Source of the DNA: an uncultured Enterobacteriaceae bacterium
GTDB lineage: Bacteria; Pseudomonadota; Gammaproteobacteria; Burkholderiales; SG8-39
Direction of reading: 5' to 3'
Length of the DNA: 64,000 nucleotides
Assembly (NCBI GenBank): GCA_964565875.1
Contig: CAZMGP010000022.1
Location: 1,648-65,647 of the forward strand
Under the pieces are notes generated by a model, which saw nothing but the letters and a program-made list of their open reading frames with translations, was not told the DNA's origin and made no database searches. Below are positions 44,829 through 54,056 of this stretch, one piece after another. Every line of letters begins with the position of its first letter. Within the stretch, counting starts at the first letter, position 1. A program made the translations under genes and the position numbers.

Positions 44829-45935
44829 ATGGCGAGGGCGAATGCGGTGCGGGAGCAGGTAGCGCGCTTGCGCGCGCTTTCCTTCGCTATCGGCACCTAC
44901 CGGCCGCCGAGCGAGGGCGGCAGCGCGTCCCTGCTGTTGCAGGTCACGCAGAACTGCCCCTGGAATAAGTGCACGTTCTGCGAGATGTACAAAGGCGAGC
45001 GCTTCGTCTATCGCTCGGTGGCGGAGATCAAGGCCGACGTCGACCGCATCGCGGCGATGCGCGACGAAATCACCACGGCGTCGATCAATCTGGAATGTGG
45101 CGGAGCGATCACGCACGAGCTTGCCCAGGCGCTGCTCGCCGAGGGCCGCGATCTCCTCGGCAACGCGAGCTTCGTCACCGTGTTCAACTGGCTCGCCGCC
45201 GGTGGGCGCACGGCCTTCCTGCAAGACGCGAACAGCCTGATCATGCGGCCGCCGGAGCTGGTGGAGGTGCTCGCCTATCTGCGCGAGAGGTTGCCTTCGT
45301 TGTCGCGCGTGACCAGCTATGCGCGCTCGAAGACGCTGGCGCAGAGAAAACCCGCAGACCTGCGCGCGATTCGCACGGCGGGACTGGACCGGCTGCATAT
45401 TGGGCTCGAGACCGGCGACGACGAGTTGCTAGCGGCGATCGCCAAGGGGGTGAGCGCGGCGGAACAGGTCGCTGGCGGGCAGAAGGCCGTCGCGGCCGGC
45501 TTCCAGGTGTCGGTGTATTGGATGCCGGACCTGGGCGGGCGCGAGCGACGGCGAGCGCACGCAGAGAATACGGCGCGCGTGCTCTCTGCCATCGATCCCC
45601 ACTACATCCGCTCGCGGCCGCTGGTGCCGCGGCCGGGGACGCCGCTGTCCGACGAGGTCGCGCAGGGGCGCTGGCCGCTGTCCTCGCCGCACCAGAGGCT
45701 GGAAGAGCTCGAGTGGATGATCGGCGCGCTCGAGGTGACATCGCGCGTCTGTTTCGACCATGCGATGAACGCTTGGGTCGACGCAGAGGGCGGATTGCTG
45801 TTTCGCCGCGACTACGAGGGCTACCAGTTCCCAGCGGAGCAGCCGCTCGTGCTCGAGCGCATTCGCGAGGGCCTAGCCGTGGAGGAATCGCGCCACGTGC
45901 ATGTGCGTAGGCTCATGGCCGCGCAAAGCCTGTAG
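44829..45935 (+). CDS. Radical SAM domain protein with a non-canonical CX4CX2C motif
   Basis: The motif LLLQVTQNCPWNKCTFCEMY was verified in the DNA at 44950-44990. A TIM-barrel-type GLDRLHIGLETGDDELL segment follows. The start may instead be TTG at 44808. Confidence 0.75.
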   Translation: MARANAVREQVARLRALSFAIGTYRPPSEGGSASLLLQVTQNCPWNKCTFCEMYKGERFVYRSVAEIKADVDRIAAMRDEITTASINLECGGAITHELAQALLAEGRDLLGNASFVTVFNWLAAGGRTAFLQDANSLIMRPPELVEVLAYLRERLPSLSRVTSYARSKTLAQRKPADLRAIRTAGLDRLHIGLETGDDELLAAIAKGVSAAEQVAGGQKAVAAGFQVSVYWMPDLGGRERRRAHAENTARVLSAIDPHYIRSRPLVPRPGTPLSDEVAQGRWPLSSPHQRLEELEWMIGALEVTSRVCFDHAMNAWVDAEGGLLFRRDYEGYQFPAEQPLVLERIREGLAVEESRHVHVRRLMAAQSL

Positions 45936-46010
45936 TCAAAGCCATCGGGTGCGGTACAGCGACTAAAATACTCGCGTCCAAGTGAGCAGGAAAGCCGGAG
46001 GAGGAAAGCC

Positions 46011-47639
46011 ATGCGCGCCACGATGATGCAAGTCCCCTTGAGCGTGAATCAGCTGCTCGAGCACGCCAATGCCTTGTATCCGACGCGCGAGGTGGTATCG
46101 CGCCGGCCGGACAAGTCGCTCTACCGTTGCAGTTACGGCCAGGTCTACCGCCGTGCGCGCCAACTCGCGCAGGCCCTCGTGCGTGCGGGAGTCGCACGCG
46201 GCGAAGCGGTGGGCACGCTGATGTGGAACCACTGGGCGCACCTGGAGGCGTACTTCGGCATCCCGGCCGCGGGCGCCGTGCTGCACACGCTGAACCTGCG
46301 CCTCGCGCCCGAGGATCTCGCCTACATCATCGCCGATGCGGAGGACAAGCTGATCCTCATCGACGACGTGCTACTGCCGGTGTGGGAGAAGGTGAAGCCG
46401 CTGCTCGCCGAAGCGCCGCGCGTCGTCGTCTTCGCTTTCAGCGGCGCGCCTCTCCCCGCGGGCTACGAGAATTACGAGGACTTCATCGCCGGCGACGCGA
46501 GCGCCTACCGCTATCCCGAGCAGGACGAGAACGAGGCGATGGGCATGTGCTATACGTCCGGCACCACCGGGCGCCCGAAAGGCGTGGTGTATTCGCACCG
46601 CTCCATGGTGTTGCATTCCCTGGTCACGCCCATGCCGGACGTGGTGGGGACTTCCTCGCGCGACAGCATCCTGATCGTCACGCCCATGTTCCACGCCAAC
46701 GCCTGGGCGATGCCCTTTTCCGCGTTGATGCTGGGCGCGAAGCAAGTGTTCCCGGGGCCGCACATGGCGGGCGAGGACCTGCTCGACCTGATGGAGCGCG
46801 AGCGCGTGACGCTGGCGCTCGGCGTGCCGACGGTGTGGATGATGGTGCTGCTGGCGCTGCAATCGGGCAAACGCAACTGGGATCTGGTGAAAGGCATGCG
46901 CATGACGGTGGGCGGCGCGCCCGTGCCGCGTTCCCTCATCGAAGCCTTCGATCGGTTCGGCCTGAATATCCGCCAGGGCTGGGGCATGACCGAAACTTCG
47001 CCTGTCGGCTCGCTGACTTCGATCAAGCCCAATCTCGTCGATGCACCAGCCGAGACGCTCTACGGCATACGCGCCCGCGCCGGCCTGCAGTTGCCGCTGG
47101 TGCAACTGCGCATCGTCGACGATGCGGGCAAGGTACTGCCCTGGGACGGCGTGACCACGGGCGAGCTGCAATGCCGCGGACCCTGGGTCGCGGGCGGTTA
47201 TCACAAACAGCCGACCGATCCGGAGAAGTTCACCGCCGACGGCTGGCTGCGCACCGGAGACGTCGCCACCATCGATGCCGAAGGCTATCTGCGCATTGCC
47301 GACCGCACCAAGGACTTGATCAAGTCCGGCGGCGAATGGATCAGCTCGGTCGACTTGGAGAACGCCATCATGGGGCATCCGGCGGTAGCGGAAGCCGCGG
47401 TGATCGCGGTCAAGCATCCGAAATGGGACGAGCGGCCGCTCGCCGTGGTGGTGAAGAAGCCGGGCCAGGAAGTCACGCCGGCCGAACTGCGCGAATTGCT
47501 TGCCAAGCATTTCGCCAAATGGCAGATCCCGGACGATTTTGCATTCGTCGACGCGCTGCCGCGCACCTCGACCGGCAAATTCCTCAAGACCAAGCTGCGC
47601 CAGGACTTCAAAGACTGGGTGTCGAAGACGCCCGGCTGA
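46011..47639 (+). CDS. AMP-dependent acyl-CoA synthetase/ligase (fatty-acid-CoA ligase family)
   Basis: 542 aa. The AMP-binding motif is YTSGTTGRPKGVVYSH, with further GWGMTE, TGDVATIDAEGYLRIADRTKDLIKSGGEWIS and a C-terminal PRTSTGKFLK. A GGAGGAGGA RBS is present. Confidence 0.92.
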   Translation: MRATMMQVPLSVNQLLEHANALYPTREVVSRRPDKSLYRCSYGQVYRRARQLAQALVRAGVARGEAVGTLMWNHWAHLEAYFGIPAAGAVLHTLNLRLAPEDLAYIIADAEDKLILIDDVLLPVWEKVKPLLAEAPRVVVFAFSGAPLPAGYENYEDFIAGDASAYRYPEQDENEAMGMCYTSGTTGRPKGVVYSHRSMVLHSLVTPMPDVVGTSSRDSILIVTPMFHANAWAMPFSALMLGAKQVFPGPHMAGEDLLDLMERERVTLALGVPTVWMMVLLALQSGKRNWDLVKGMRMTVGGAPVPRSLIEAFDRFGLNIRQGWGMTETSPVGSLTSIKPNLVDAPAETLYGIRARAGLQLPLVQLRIVDDAGKVLPWDGVTTGELQCRGPWVAGGYHKQPTDPEKFTADGWLRTGDVATIDAEGYLRIADRTKDLIKSGGEWISSVDLENAIMGHPAVAEAAVIAVKHPKWDERPLAVVVKKPGQEVTPAELRELLAKHFAKWQIPDDFAFVDALPRTSTGKFLKTKLRQDFKDWVSKTPG

Positions 47640-47692
47640 AGAAAGCCGCCGCCGCGCTCGGCCGCGAGCGGCGCTTCGCCTTTGCCGCCTGA

Positions 47693-48655
47693 TCAGGCGA
47701 CGCGGTCGTGCGGCGCCCGTCCGGCGAAGAAGGCGTCGAGGTTATCCAGCGCGCGGAATCCCATGGCGATGCGCGTCTCCTTGGTGGCGCTACCGATATG
47801 CGGCATGAGGAATACATTGCGCAGGCTGCGGTATTCGGGATGGATGTCCGGTTCGTTGTTGTACACGTCCAGCCCTGCTGCGGTCAGCTTGCCCGACTTC
47901 AGCGCGGCGATCAGCGCTTCGTCGTCGACGACTACGCCGCGGCTGGCATTGACCACGATGGCGCCCTCGGGCAGGCGCGCGATCAAATCCGCGTTCAGCA
48001 GCTTCACCGTCTGCGGCGAGGCGACGCAGTGCAGCGCGAGGAAGTCGCAGTGGGGCATCAGCTCCGCCGGCGTCCGGTGGAAGATCGCGCCTTGTTCCAA
48101 CTCGGGCGGCGCCTGGCGCAGATCGTTGTAGTGAATTTCCATATCGAAGCCGCGGGCGCGCTGCGCCACCACGCGACCGACGCGGCCGAAGCCGAGGATG
48201 CCCAGGCGCTTGCCCGTCATCTGCGTGCCCACCATGAAGCTCGGGCTCCAGTCGCGCCACTCGCGCGTGCGCACCAGGCGCTCGCCCTCGGCGGCGCGGC
48301 GCGCCGCGCCCAGCATCAGCATGATGGTGAGCTCCGCCGTGGCATCGGAAAGCACGTCCGGGGTATTGGTGACGACCAAGCCGCGCGCCTTGGCCGCCTC
48401 GGTATCGACGTGATCGTAGCCGACGGAGAAATTCGCGATCACGCGCACGCTTCGCGGCAGGCGCGCAATCACTGCGGCGGTGAACTTTTCGGTATGGCAG
48501 GGCAGGATCGCGTCTGCGCCTTCGGCGCGTGCGACGAACTCGTCGGCGGAATAAAGCGCATCGTTCGGATTCAGGATCGGGCTGTAATCTCGGCGCAGAC
48601 GTTGTTCGACGGCGTCGGGCAGTTTGCGCGTGACGAGGACGACGGGTTTGGGCAT
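47693..48655 (-). CDS. D-isomer-specific 2-hydroxyacid dehydrogenase (glyoxylate/hydroxypyruvate reductase-like)
   Basis: 320 aa. The NAD motif is GILGFGRVGRVVAQRA. The catalytic region reads NASRGVVVDDEALIAAL...MPHIGSAT. Confidence 0.9.
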   Translation of the reverse strand: MPKPVVLVTRKLPDAVEQRLRRDYSPILNPNDALYSADEFVARAEGADAILPCHTEKFTAAVIARLPRSVRVIANFSVGYDHVDTEAAKARGLVVTNTPDVLSDATAELTIMLMLGAARRAAEGERLVRTREWRDWSPSFMVGTQMTGKRLGILGFGRVGRVVAQRARGFDMEIHYNDLRQAPPELEQGAIFHRTPAELMPHCDFLALHCVASPQTVKLLNADLIARLPEGAIVVNASRGVVVDDEALIAALKSGKLTAAGLDVYNNEPDIHPEYRSLRNVFLMPHIGSATKETRIAMGFRALDNLDAFFAGRAPHDRVA

Positions 48656-48827
48656 GTTTTTCTCCTTAGCTTGCGCGAGAATCTACAACAGCCGCGCGTC
48701 GAGCGCAAAGGCGCCGTCCGGCTGGGCTAGGCTGCGAGGTTTGAGACCGAGAAACAAACCTCGCGTCCTTGCGGTCTGAATCAGGAGGAAAGAGGTTCGT
48801 CCTTCGTTTGGTGACCCGGGGCAGATC

Positions 48828-49580
48828 GTGACCGATGCCGAGAAATCGCCTAGGCGTTCCACGCGCGCGGCGCGCGCCGGGGCAGTCCTGTACCGCTCGC
48901 GCATCGAGATCATCCGCATACTCGCACGGCTCGCCCGCGACAAAGCTGTGCTTTCGGCAGAATTGGGCGAGCCGGGGCAGCTCTTCCTGTCGCGGGTGCT
49001 GCACGTCGACCGCGCGGAAGACTTCTTCATCCTCGCCTACAGTGAAGAACGCCAGGCGAACGCCGCCTTGCTCGCGCAGGCGTCGGTGGCGTTTGTGGCG
49101 AGCGAGCAACGCGGGCGCATCGAGTTTCTGGCGAGCGCCCCGGTGGAGACGGTGTACGAGGGCGTGCCTGCGATCCGGTTTACGATTCCCCAGGCACTCG
49201 TCCGCTCACAGAGCCGCGAACATCCTCGCTTCAAGGTGCCGGCGGATTCATCCCTGCGTTGCATCGCCGACAGTGCCGGCGTCGCCTCGTTCGAAGCGCG
49301 CATCGTCGACATCAGCCGCGGCGGTCTGGGCGGCATGATCTACGATTCGCAAGTCACGCTCATGCCGGGCACGGTGCTGCGGGGATGCAAGATCATCCTC
49401 GCCGGGAGTAAACCGGTGGTGGCCGATCTCGAAGTGCGTCATACGGCGCCGGTGGTGCTCGCCGACGGCAGCCTCGCCCGGCGCTCCGGGGTCAAGTTTA
49501 TCGGTGAACCGGAGGGGCTGGACGCCCTCGTCCAGCGCTTCGTCGTCGAATCCGACGAAGACCGCCGCTCGCCGCGTTAA
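48828..49580 (+). CDS. PilZ-domain c-di-GMP-binding protein (YcgR-like, PilZN + PilZ)
   Basis: 250 aa from a GTG start. The RxxxR motif (REHPRF) and the D/NxSxxG motif (DISRGGLG) are at the expected spacing. A YcgR-type N-domain is present. Confidence 0.75.
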   Translation: MTDAEKSPRRSTRAARAGAVLYRSRIEIIRILARLARDKAVLSAELGEPGQLFLSRVLHVDRAEDFFILAYSEERQANAALLAQASVAFVASEQRGRIEFLASAPVETVYEGVPAIRFTIPQALVRSQSREHPRFKVPADSSLRCIADSAGVASFEARIVDISRGGLGGMIYDSQVTLMPGTVLRGCKIILAGSKPVVADLEVRHTAPVVLADGSLARRSGVKFIGEPEGLDALVQRFVVESDEDRRSPR

Positions 49581-49632
49581 CCAGTGAGGGCGCGGTTCGA
49601 CGGCGGCCGACGGGGCCGGCGTCAGCGCGGCA

Positions 49633-50334
49633 TTAACTGGCGAGCTCGAATCCCGCCTGCGCGCGCAAGGCGCGCGAGCGGTCGCCCGCAAGCAGCGCGA
49701 TCAGGCGCCGTGCGGCGTCGGGGCTCGCGGCGCCGGTGCAGACGCCTGCGGTATACACGGTCGCGAGTTCGAATTCGCGCGGCAGCGAGCCGGCGAGCAC
49801 GACGCCGGGCGTACTGTTGATTTCCGTGATCTGGGTGCAGCCGATCTGGCGCCCGCCCGCTGTGCGCGCCAGCTCGCTCATGGCGGTGTTTCCGTTGGGG
49901 TAGGTGCGCAAGCGTCCGGCGACTTCGCTGCGGATACCGAGCGCCTCGAGCACCCGTGCGAAATGGATGCCGGCGGTGGCTTTCTGCGTGTCGGGCGTGA
50001 AGATGCCGTCTGCGGCAAGCAGCGCACGGCGCAGACCGTCCGCGCTCGCGATGTCGGGCACGGTGTCGCCGGCGCGCACGGCGACACCGGTGCGCACGCG
50101 GCCCAAATCGGCGCCGCTTTGCGGCATCACGTGGCCGCACGATTCCAGTTCTTCGATCAAGGCGCGGGTGAGGATGACCAGATCGGCGGCGGCGCCGCCC
50201 AGGAGTTGGGCTTTCATCGCGCCCACGGCGTTAAAACTGCATTCGAGGGCGTAACCGGTGTCGGCGCGGAATTCCTCGGCAAGTGCGGTCACGACGCTCT
50301 TAGCAGCGCCTCCGCTCAAAATCTTCAACCGCAT
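49633..50334 (-). CDS. ModA-like (molybdate/PBP2-fold) substrate-binding-domain protein without a signal peptide
   Basis: 233 aa starting MRLKILSGGAAKSVVTALAEEF, with no leader. It overlaps the upstream molybdo-enzyme gene by 35 nt. Confidence 0.7.
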   Translation of the reverse strand: MRLKILSGGAAKSVVTALAEEFRADTGYALECSFNAVGAMKAQLLGGAAADLVILTRALIEELESCGHVMPQSGADLGRVRTGVAVRAGDTVPDIASADGLRRALLAADGIFTPDTQKATAGIHFARVLEALGIRSEVAGRLRTYPNGNTAMSELARTAGGRQIGCTQITEINSTPGVVLAGSLPREFELATVYTAGVCTGAASPDAARRLIALLAGDRSRALRAQAGFELAS

Positions 50335-52507
50335 TTATTCTCTCCCTTGATGAATCTTGTTCCGCCGCCGCGAGGATGCGCTCGGGCGTGATCGGCAGAT
50401 CGCGCACGCGCACGCCCAAGGCGTCGAACACCGCGTTGGCGATGGCAGCAGCAGTCGGTCCCTGCGCCGCTTCGCCCGCGCCTACTGCAGGCTCGTCCGA
50501 CCGCGCGACCAGCTCTACCTCGACTGCAGGCACCTCCGCAAAGCGCAGGATGGGATACTCGTCCCAGGAGTCGCTGGTGACGCGCCTGCGGTCGAAGCGA
50601 ACCTGCTCTTTCAGCGTCCAGCTCGCCGCCTGGATCGCGCCGCCTTCGATCTGGTTCGCCACGCCGTCCGGGTTCACCACCAGGCCGACGTCGACCGCGA
50701 CTACGACTCGCTCGACCCGGATTTCGCGCCCGGCTTCGATTTCCGCGATCACGGCGCAATAGGCGCCGCTTCCCTTGTAACGGGCGAAGCCGATGCCGTG
50801 CCCGCGGCCCTCGCGCTTCTTCCATCCGCTCCAGCCCGCGCGCCGCGCCGCGCATTCTATCACCTCGCGCGCGCGGACATCCGCAGTGAGACGCAGCCGC
50901 AACGCGAGCGGATCGTCGCCGCGCGCAGCCGCGAGTTCGTCTATGAAGGACTCAATTGCGAACACGTTGGCGTAAGCCCCGAGCGAGCGCAGCGCCGAGG
51001 TGCGCAGCGGCATGCCGAGCAATCTGTGGCTCGCGATGCGGTAGGCTGGCAGCTCATATAGAGGCAAGGCATTGCGCTCGGCGCCGCCGCCCGCTGCCGT
51101 CGGCGGATTGATCGATAGCGTGCGCTCGAAGGCTTGAGCAAGTTGTCCTGCCGCAAGCAGCACGGGTACGGCAGCACGCCCCGGGCGACTGGAATGGCCA
51201 TTGCTCCAAACCTCATGGCGCCAGGCGAGGATTTCGCCGCGCGCATCGAGATCGGCTTCAATTTCGACGGCCATGGCCGGACCGAAGGGCGTCCAGGCGA
51301 GCTCGTCCGCACGCGACCAGACGAGCTTCACCGGGCGGTCTCCCGCTGCGCGCGCGAGCAGCGCGGCATCGAGCGCGACGTCGTCGGCACCGTTGTGGCC
51401 GTAGCAGCCTGCGCCCTGCCTATGTTCGACTACGATCTGCTCGCGCGGCAGCCTGAACGCGAGCGCGAGATCGGTGCGCAGATTGTAGATGCCCTGGCTG
51501 TGGCTATAGACGTGCAGGCGCTCGCCCTGCCATTGCGCGACGGCGCAGGAAGGCGCAAGCGAGGCATGCGCGAGATAAGGCCGGCTGTAGCGGGCTCGCA
51601 CGGTGCGCGCGACGCCTGCGTTCGATTCGGCTGCGCGCTCGGCGATGAGCTTGGTTTCCAGCGCTTGCGCTTTCAGCCAATCGCCGAGAGCTGCGGCATC
51701 CGGCAGCGTATCCGTTTCCTCCCAGGTCGCGGCGGCGCGCAGGACCTCCAACGCCTTCAAGGCCAGCTCTTCCCTTTCGGCAAGCACGCCGACGAAGCTG
51801 CCGTCGCGCACGAGGCCAGCGACGCCGGGGAGGGCAAGGACGGTCGCTTCGTTTAGGGAGATGAGCTTTGCGCCGGGGGAGGGCGGACGCAGCACCCGCG
51901 CGTGCAGCATGTGCGGCAGTTCGAGATCGTGCACGAACACGGGCAATCCGTACACCTTGGGCGCGAGATCGAGCCGTTCGATCGAGCTTCCCACGATGCG
52001 ATGCTCAGCAGCATTCTTCGGCGCGACACGCGCCGTCGCTTCGCGCTCGAGCAGGGCATCGTCGGCGAGCTCGGCATAGCTGGTGCGCGCGCCTGACGAA
52101 GAAAGGATTACGCCGTCTTCGACAGTTAGTCCTTCGACCGCGACGCCGAGCTTCGCCGCGGCGGCATCGAGATAGATCGCACGCGCCTCGGCGCAGGCAT
52201 AGCGCAGCGCCGTTCCCGACTCCTGCACCGACAGGCTACCCGAAGTCACGGCTTCGTCCGGGCTTGTCGCGGTGCTCGCGGGCAGCATGCGGATGCGCTG
52301 GATGCCGACGTCCAGCTCTTCCGCCGCAATCTGGGCGAGCGCGGTGGCGATGCCTTGGCCGAGCTCCACCTTGCCCGAGCGCACTTCGACGTTGCCGTCG
52401 CTGCGAAAGCGCAGCCATTGCGCCAGGCGTCGATTGACCTGCAGGCTGCCCGGTAGTCGCGGCAACTCGCCTTCCTTCCCCGTGGCGAGGCGATAGGCGA
52501 GGTTCAT
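50300..52507 (-). CDS. Molybdopterin-binding subunit of a xanthine-dehydrogenase-family oxidoreductase (IorB / aldehyde oxidase beta-like)
   Basis: 735 aa. The layout is IorB-like: N-terminal VELGQGIATALAQIAAEELDV, then GAGCYGHNG, with C-terminal GAGEAAQGPTAAAIANAVFDALG. It overlaps the 2Fe-2S subunit gene by 4 nt. Confidence 0.85.
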   Translation of the reverse strand: MNLAYRLATGKEGELPRLPGSLQVNRRLAQWLRFRSDGNVEVRSGKVELGQGIATALAQIAAEELDVGIQRIRMLPASTATSPDEAVTSGSLSVQESGTALRYACAEARAIYLDAAAAKLGVAVEGLTVEDGVILSSSGARTSYAELADDALLEREATARVAPKNAAEHRIVGSSIERLDLAPKVYGLPVFVHDLELPHMLHARVLRPPSPGAKLISLNEATVLALPGVAGLVRDGSFVGVLAEREELALKALEVLRAAATWEETDTLPDAAALGDWLKAQALETKLIAERAAESNAGVARTVRARYSRPYLAHASLAPSCAVAQWQGERLHVYSHSQGIYNLRTDLALAFRLPREQIVVEHRQGAGCYGHNGADDVALDAALLARAAGDRPVKLVWSRADELAWTPFGPAMAVEIEADLDARGEILAWRHEVWSNGHSSRPGRAAVPVLLAAGQLAQAFERTLSINPPTAAGGGAERNALPLYELPAYRIASHRLLGMPLRTSALRSLGAYANVFAIESFIDELAAARGDDPLALRLRLTADVRAREVIECAARRAGWSGWKKREGRGHGIGFARYKGSGAYCAVIAEIEAGREIRVERVVVAVDVGLVVNPDGVANQIEGGAIQAASWTLKEQVRFDRRRVTSDSWDEYPILRFAEVPAVEVELVARSDEPAVGAGEAAQGPTAAAIANAVFDALGVRVRDLPITPERILAAAEQDSSRERINAVEDFERRRC

Positions 52508-52992
52508 GCTTCGGCCTGCGCCGTCATGTCCGCGGCGCGCAGCACCGCGCGCACGATGCGGTTATGCGCACCACAGCGGCACAGATTGCGATCGAGCGCG
52601 GTGCGTACCTCGGCCTCGCTCGGTTTGGGATTTTCCGCGAGCAGCGCCGCCGCGCTGATGAGTATGCCGGGCAGGCAATAGCCGCACTGACCCGCCTGTT
52701 CGGCGATCAAGGCGCGCTGCAGTGGATGCGGCCGCGCGGGGTCGCCGAGACCCTCGACGGTGGTGATCTCATGCCCTACTGCCGACCACAGCGGCGTGTC
52801 GCAGGAGGCGACGGCGCGGCCGTCGAGCAGCACGCGGCAGGCGCCGCAGGCGCCGCTGCCGCAGCCGAAATGCGCCGCCTTCAGGCCGAGATCGTTGCGC
52901 AGCACATAGAGCAGCGGCGTGTCCGCGGCCGCGTGCACCTCGTGCACGGAGCCGTTGACCCTGAGTCGGAAGCTGGCGGGCGCCTGTTCCAC
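52504..52992 (-). CDS. (2Fe-2S)-binding small subunit of the molybdo-oxidoreductase (IorA-like)
   Basis: 162 aa. Cluster I is GCGSGACGACRV. Cluster II is QCGYCLPG...CRCG. Confidence 0.92.
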   Translation of the reverse strand: MEQAPASFRLRVNGSVHEVHAAADTPLLYVLRNDLGLKAAHFGCGSGACGACRVLLDGRAVASCDTPLWSAVGHEITTVEGLGDPARPHPLQRALIAEQAGQCGYCLPGILISAAALLAENPKPSEAEVRTALDRNLCRCGAHNRIVRAVLRAADMTAQAEA

Positions 52993-52996
52993 AGCC

Positions 52997-53965
52997 TCAA
53001 TCCACTTTGGCGCCGGAGATCTTCACCACCTTCGCCCACTTGGCGATGTCTTCGAGCAGGTACTGCCCGAACTCCTCGGTGCTCATGCTCATCGGCGCCG
53101 CACCTTGCTTGGCCCAGGCGTCCTTCACCTCGGGCGTGTTCACGATTTTGCGAATTTCCGCGTTCAGGCGCTCGACGACGGCCTTAGGCGTCGCTACCGG
53201 GGCCATGACCCCGAGCCAGATCACCGCTTCGTAGCCGGGGACACCTGCTTCGGACACCGTCGGCACTTCGGGCAGCACGGGCGAGCGCACTTTGCCGGTG
53301 GTGCCGAGCGCTTTCAGCTTTCCCGCATGCACGTTCGATGCCATGGTGGTGATGGCGTCGAACATCATCTGCACCTGGCCGCCGAGCACGTCGGTGCGCG
53401 CGCCGGAACTGCCCTTGTACGGTACATGAACGATGTCGAGGCCGGCCATCGCCTTGAACAGCTCGCCCGCCATGTGATAAGGCGTACCGGGGCCGGAAGA
53501 GGCGTAGTTGAGAACATGCGGCTTAGACTTTGCGAGCGCGATGAGTTCCTTCAGGTTGTTCACCGGCACCGAAGGGTGGACCACCAGCACCAGGTCGGAA
53601 TAGTTCACCGGTGCGACGGGAACGAAATCGCGCATGAGCTGGAACGGCTTGTTCGAGATCAGCGATTCGTTCACGGTGTGGGTGTTCGACATCATCAGCA
53701 GCGTGTAGCCGTCCGGAGCCGCTTTTGCCACGGCGTCGGTGCCGAGCAGCGAGCCGCCCCCGGGACGATCCTCGATGACGAAGGGCTGGCCCAGCGCCTC
53801 CTGCAGGCGCTGGCCGATGAAGCGCGCATAGATATCGGCGGGGCCGCCGGCCGCGAAGGGCACGATGATGCGCACCGGGTGGCTCGGATAGTTCTGCGCC
53901 CAGGCGGGCAGGCCCGCCAAAGCCCAGACGGCGAACGCGAGTATGCCGCGTACGAAATGACGCAT
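52997..53965 (-). CDS. Bug/TctC-family substrate-binding protein
   Basis: Start at MRHFVRGILAFAVWALAGLPAWA (ATG 53963-53965, AAGGAGGAGGA RBS). The signature is YPSHPVRIIVPFAAGGPADIYARFIGQRL...FVIEDRPGGGSLLG. Confidence 0.9.
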   Translation of the reverse strand: MRHFVRGILAFAVWALAGLPAWAQNYPSHPVRIIVPFAAGGPADIYARFIGQRLQEALGQPFVIEDRPGGGSLLGTDAVAKAAPDGYTLLMMSNTHTVNESLISNKPFQLMRDFVPVAPVNYSDLVLVVHPSVPVNNLKELIALAKSKPHVLNYASSGPGTPYHMAGELFKAMAGLDIVHVPYKGSSGARTDVLGGQVQMMFDAITTMASNVHAGKLKALGTTGKVRSPVLPEVPTVSEAGVPGYEAVIWLGVMAPVATPKAVVERLNAEIRKIVNTPEVKDAWAKQGAAPMSMSTEEFGQYLLEDIAKWAKVVKISGAKVD

Positions 53966-54056
53966 GATTTCCTCCTCCTTTTTTCTTTCGTGCCGCGCAG
54001 CGGGCGCGGTCCGGCTTTGTAGCATAGGCCGTCGCCTTGCGTCCAGCGAGGCCGAA

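Noticed and set aside
48734-48764. The hairpin GCGAGGTTTG-N11-CAAACCTCGC as a terminator or small RNA.
   Set aside because: No U-tract follows on either strand and no flanking promoter is evident. It is probably just leader structure of the PilZ gene.
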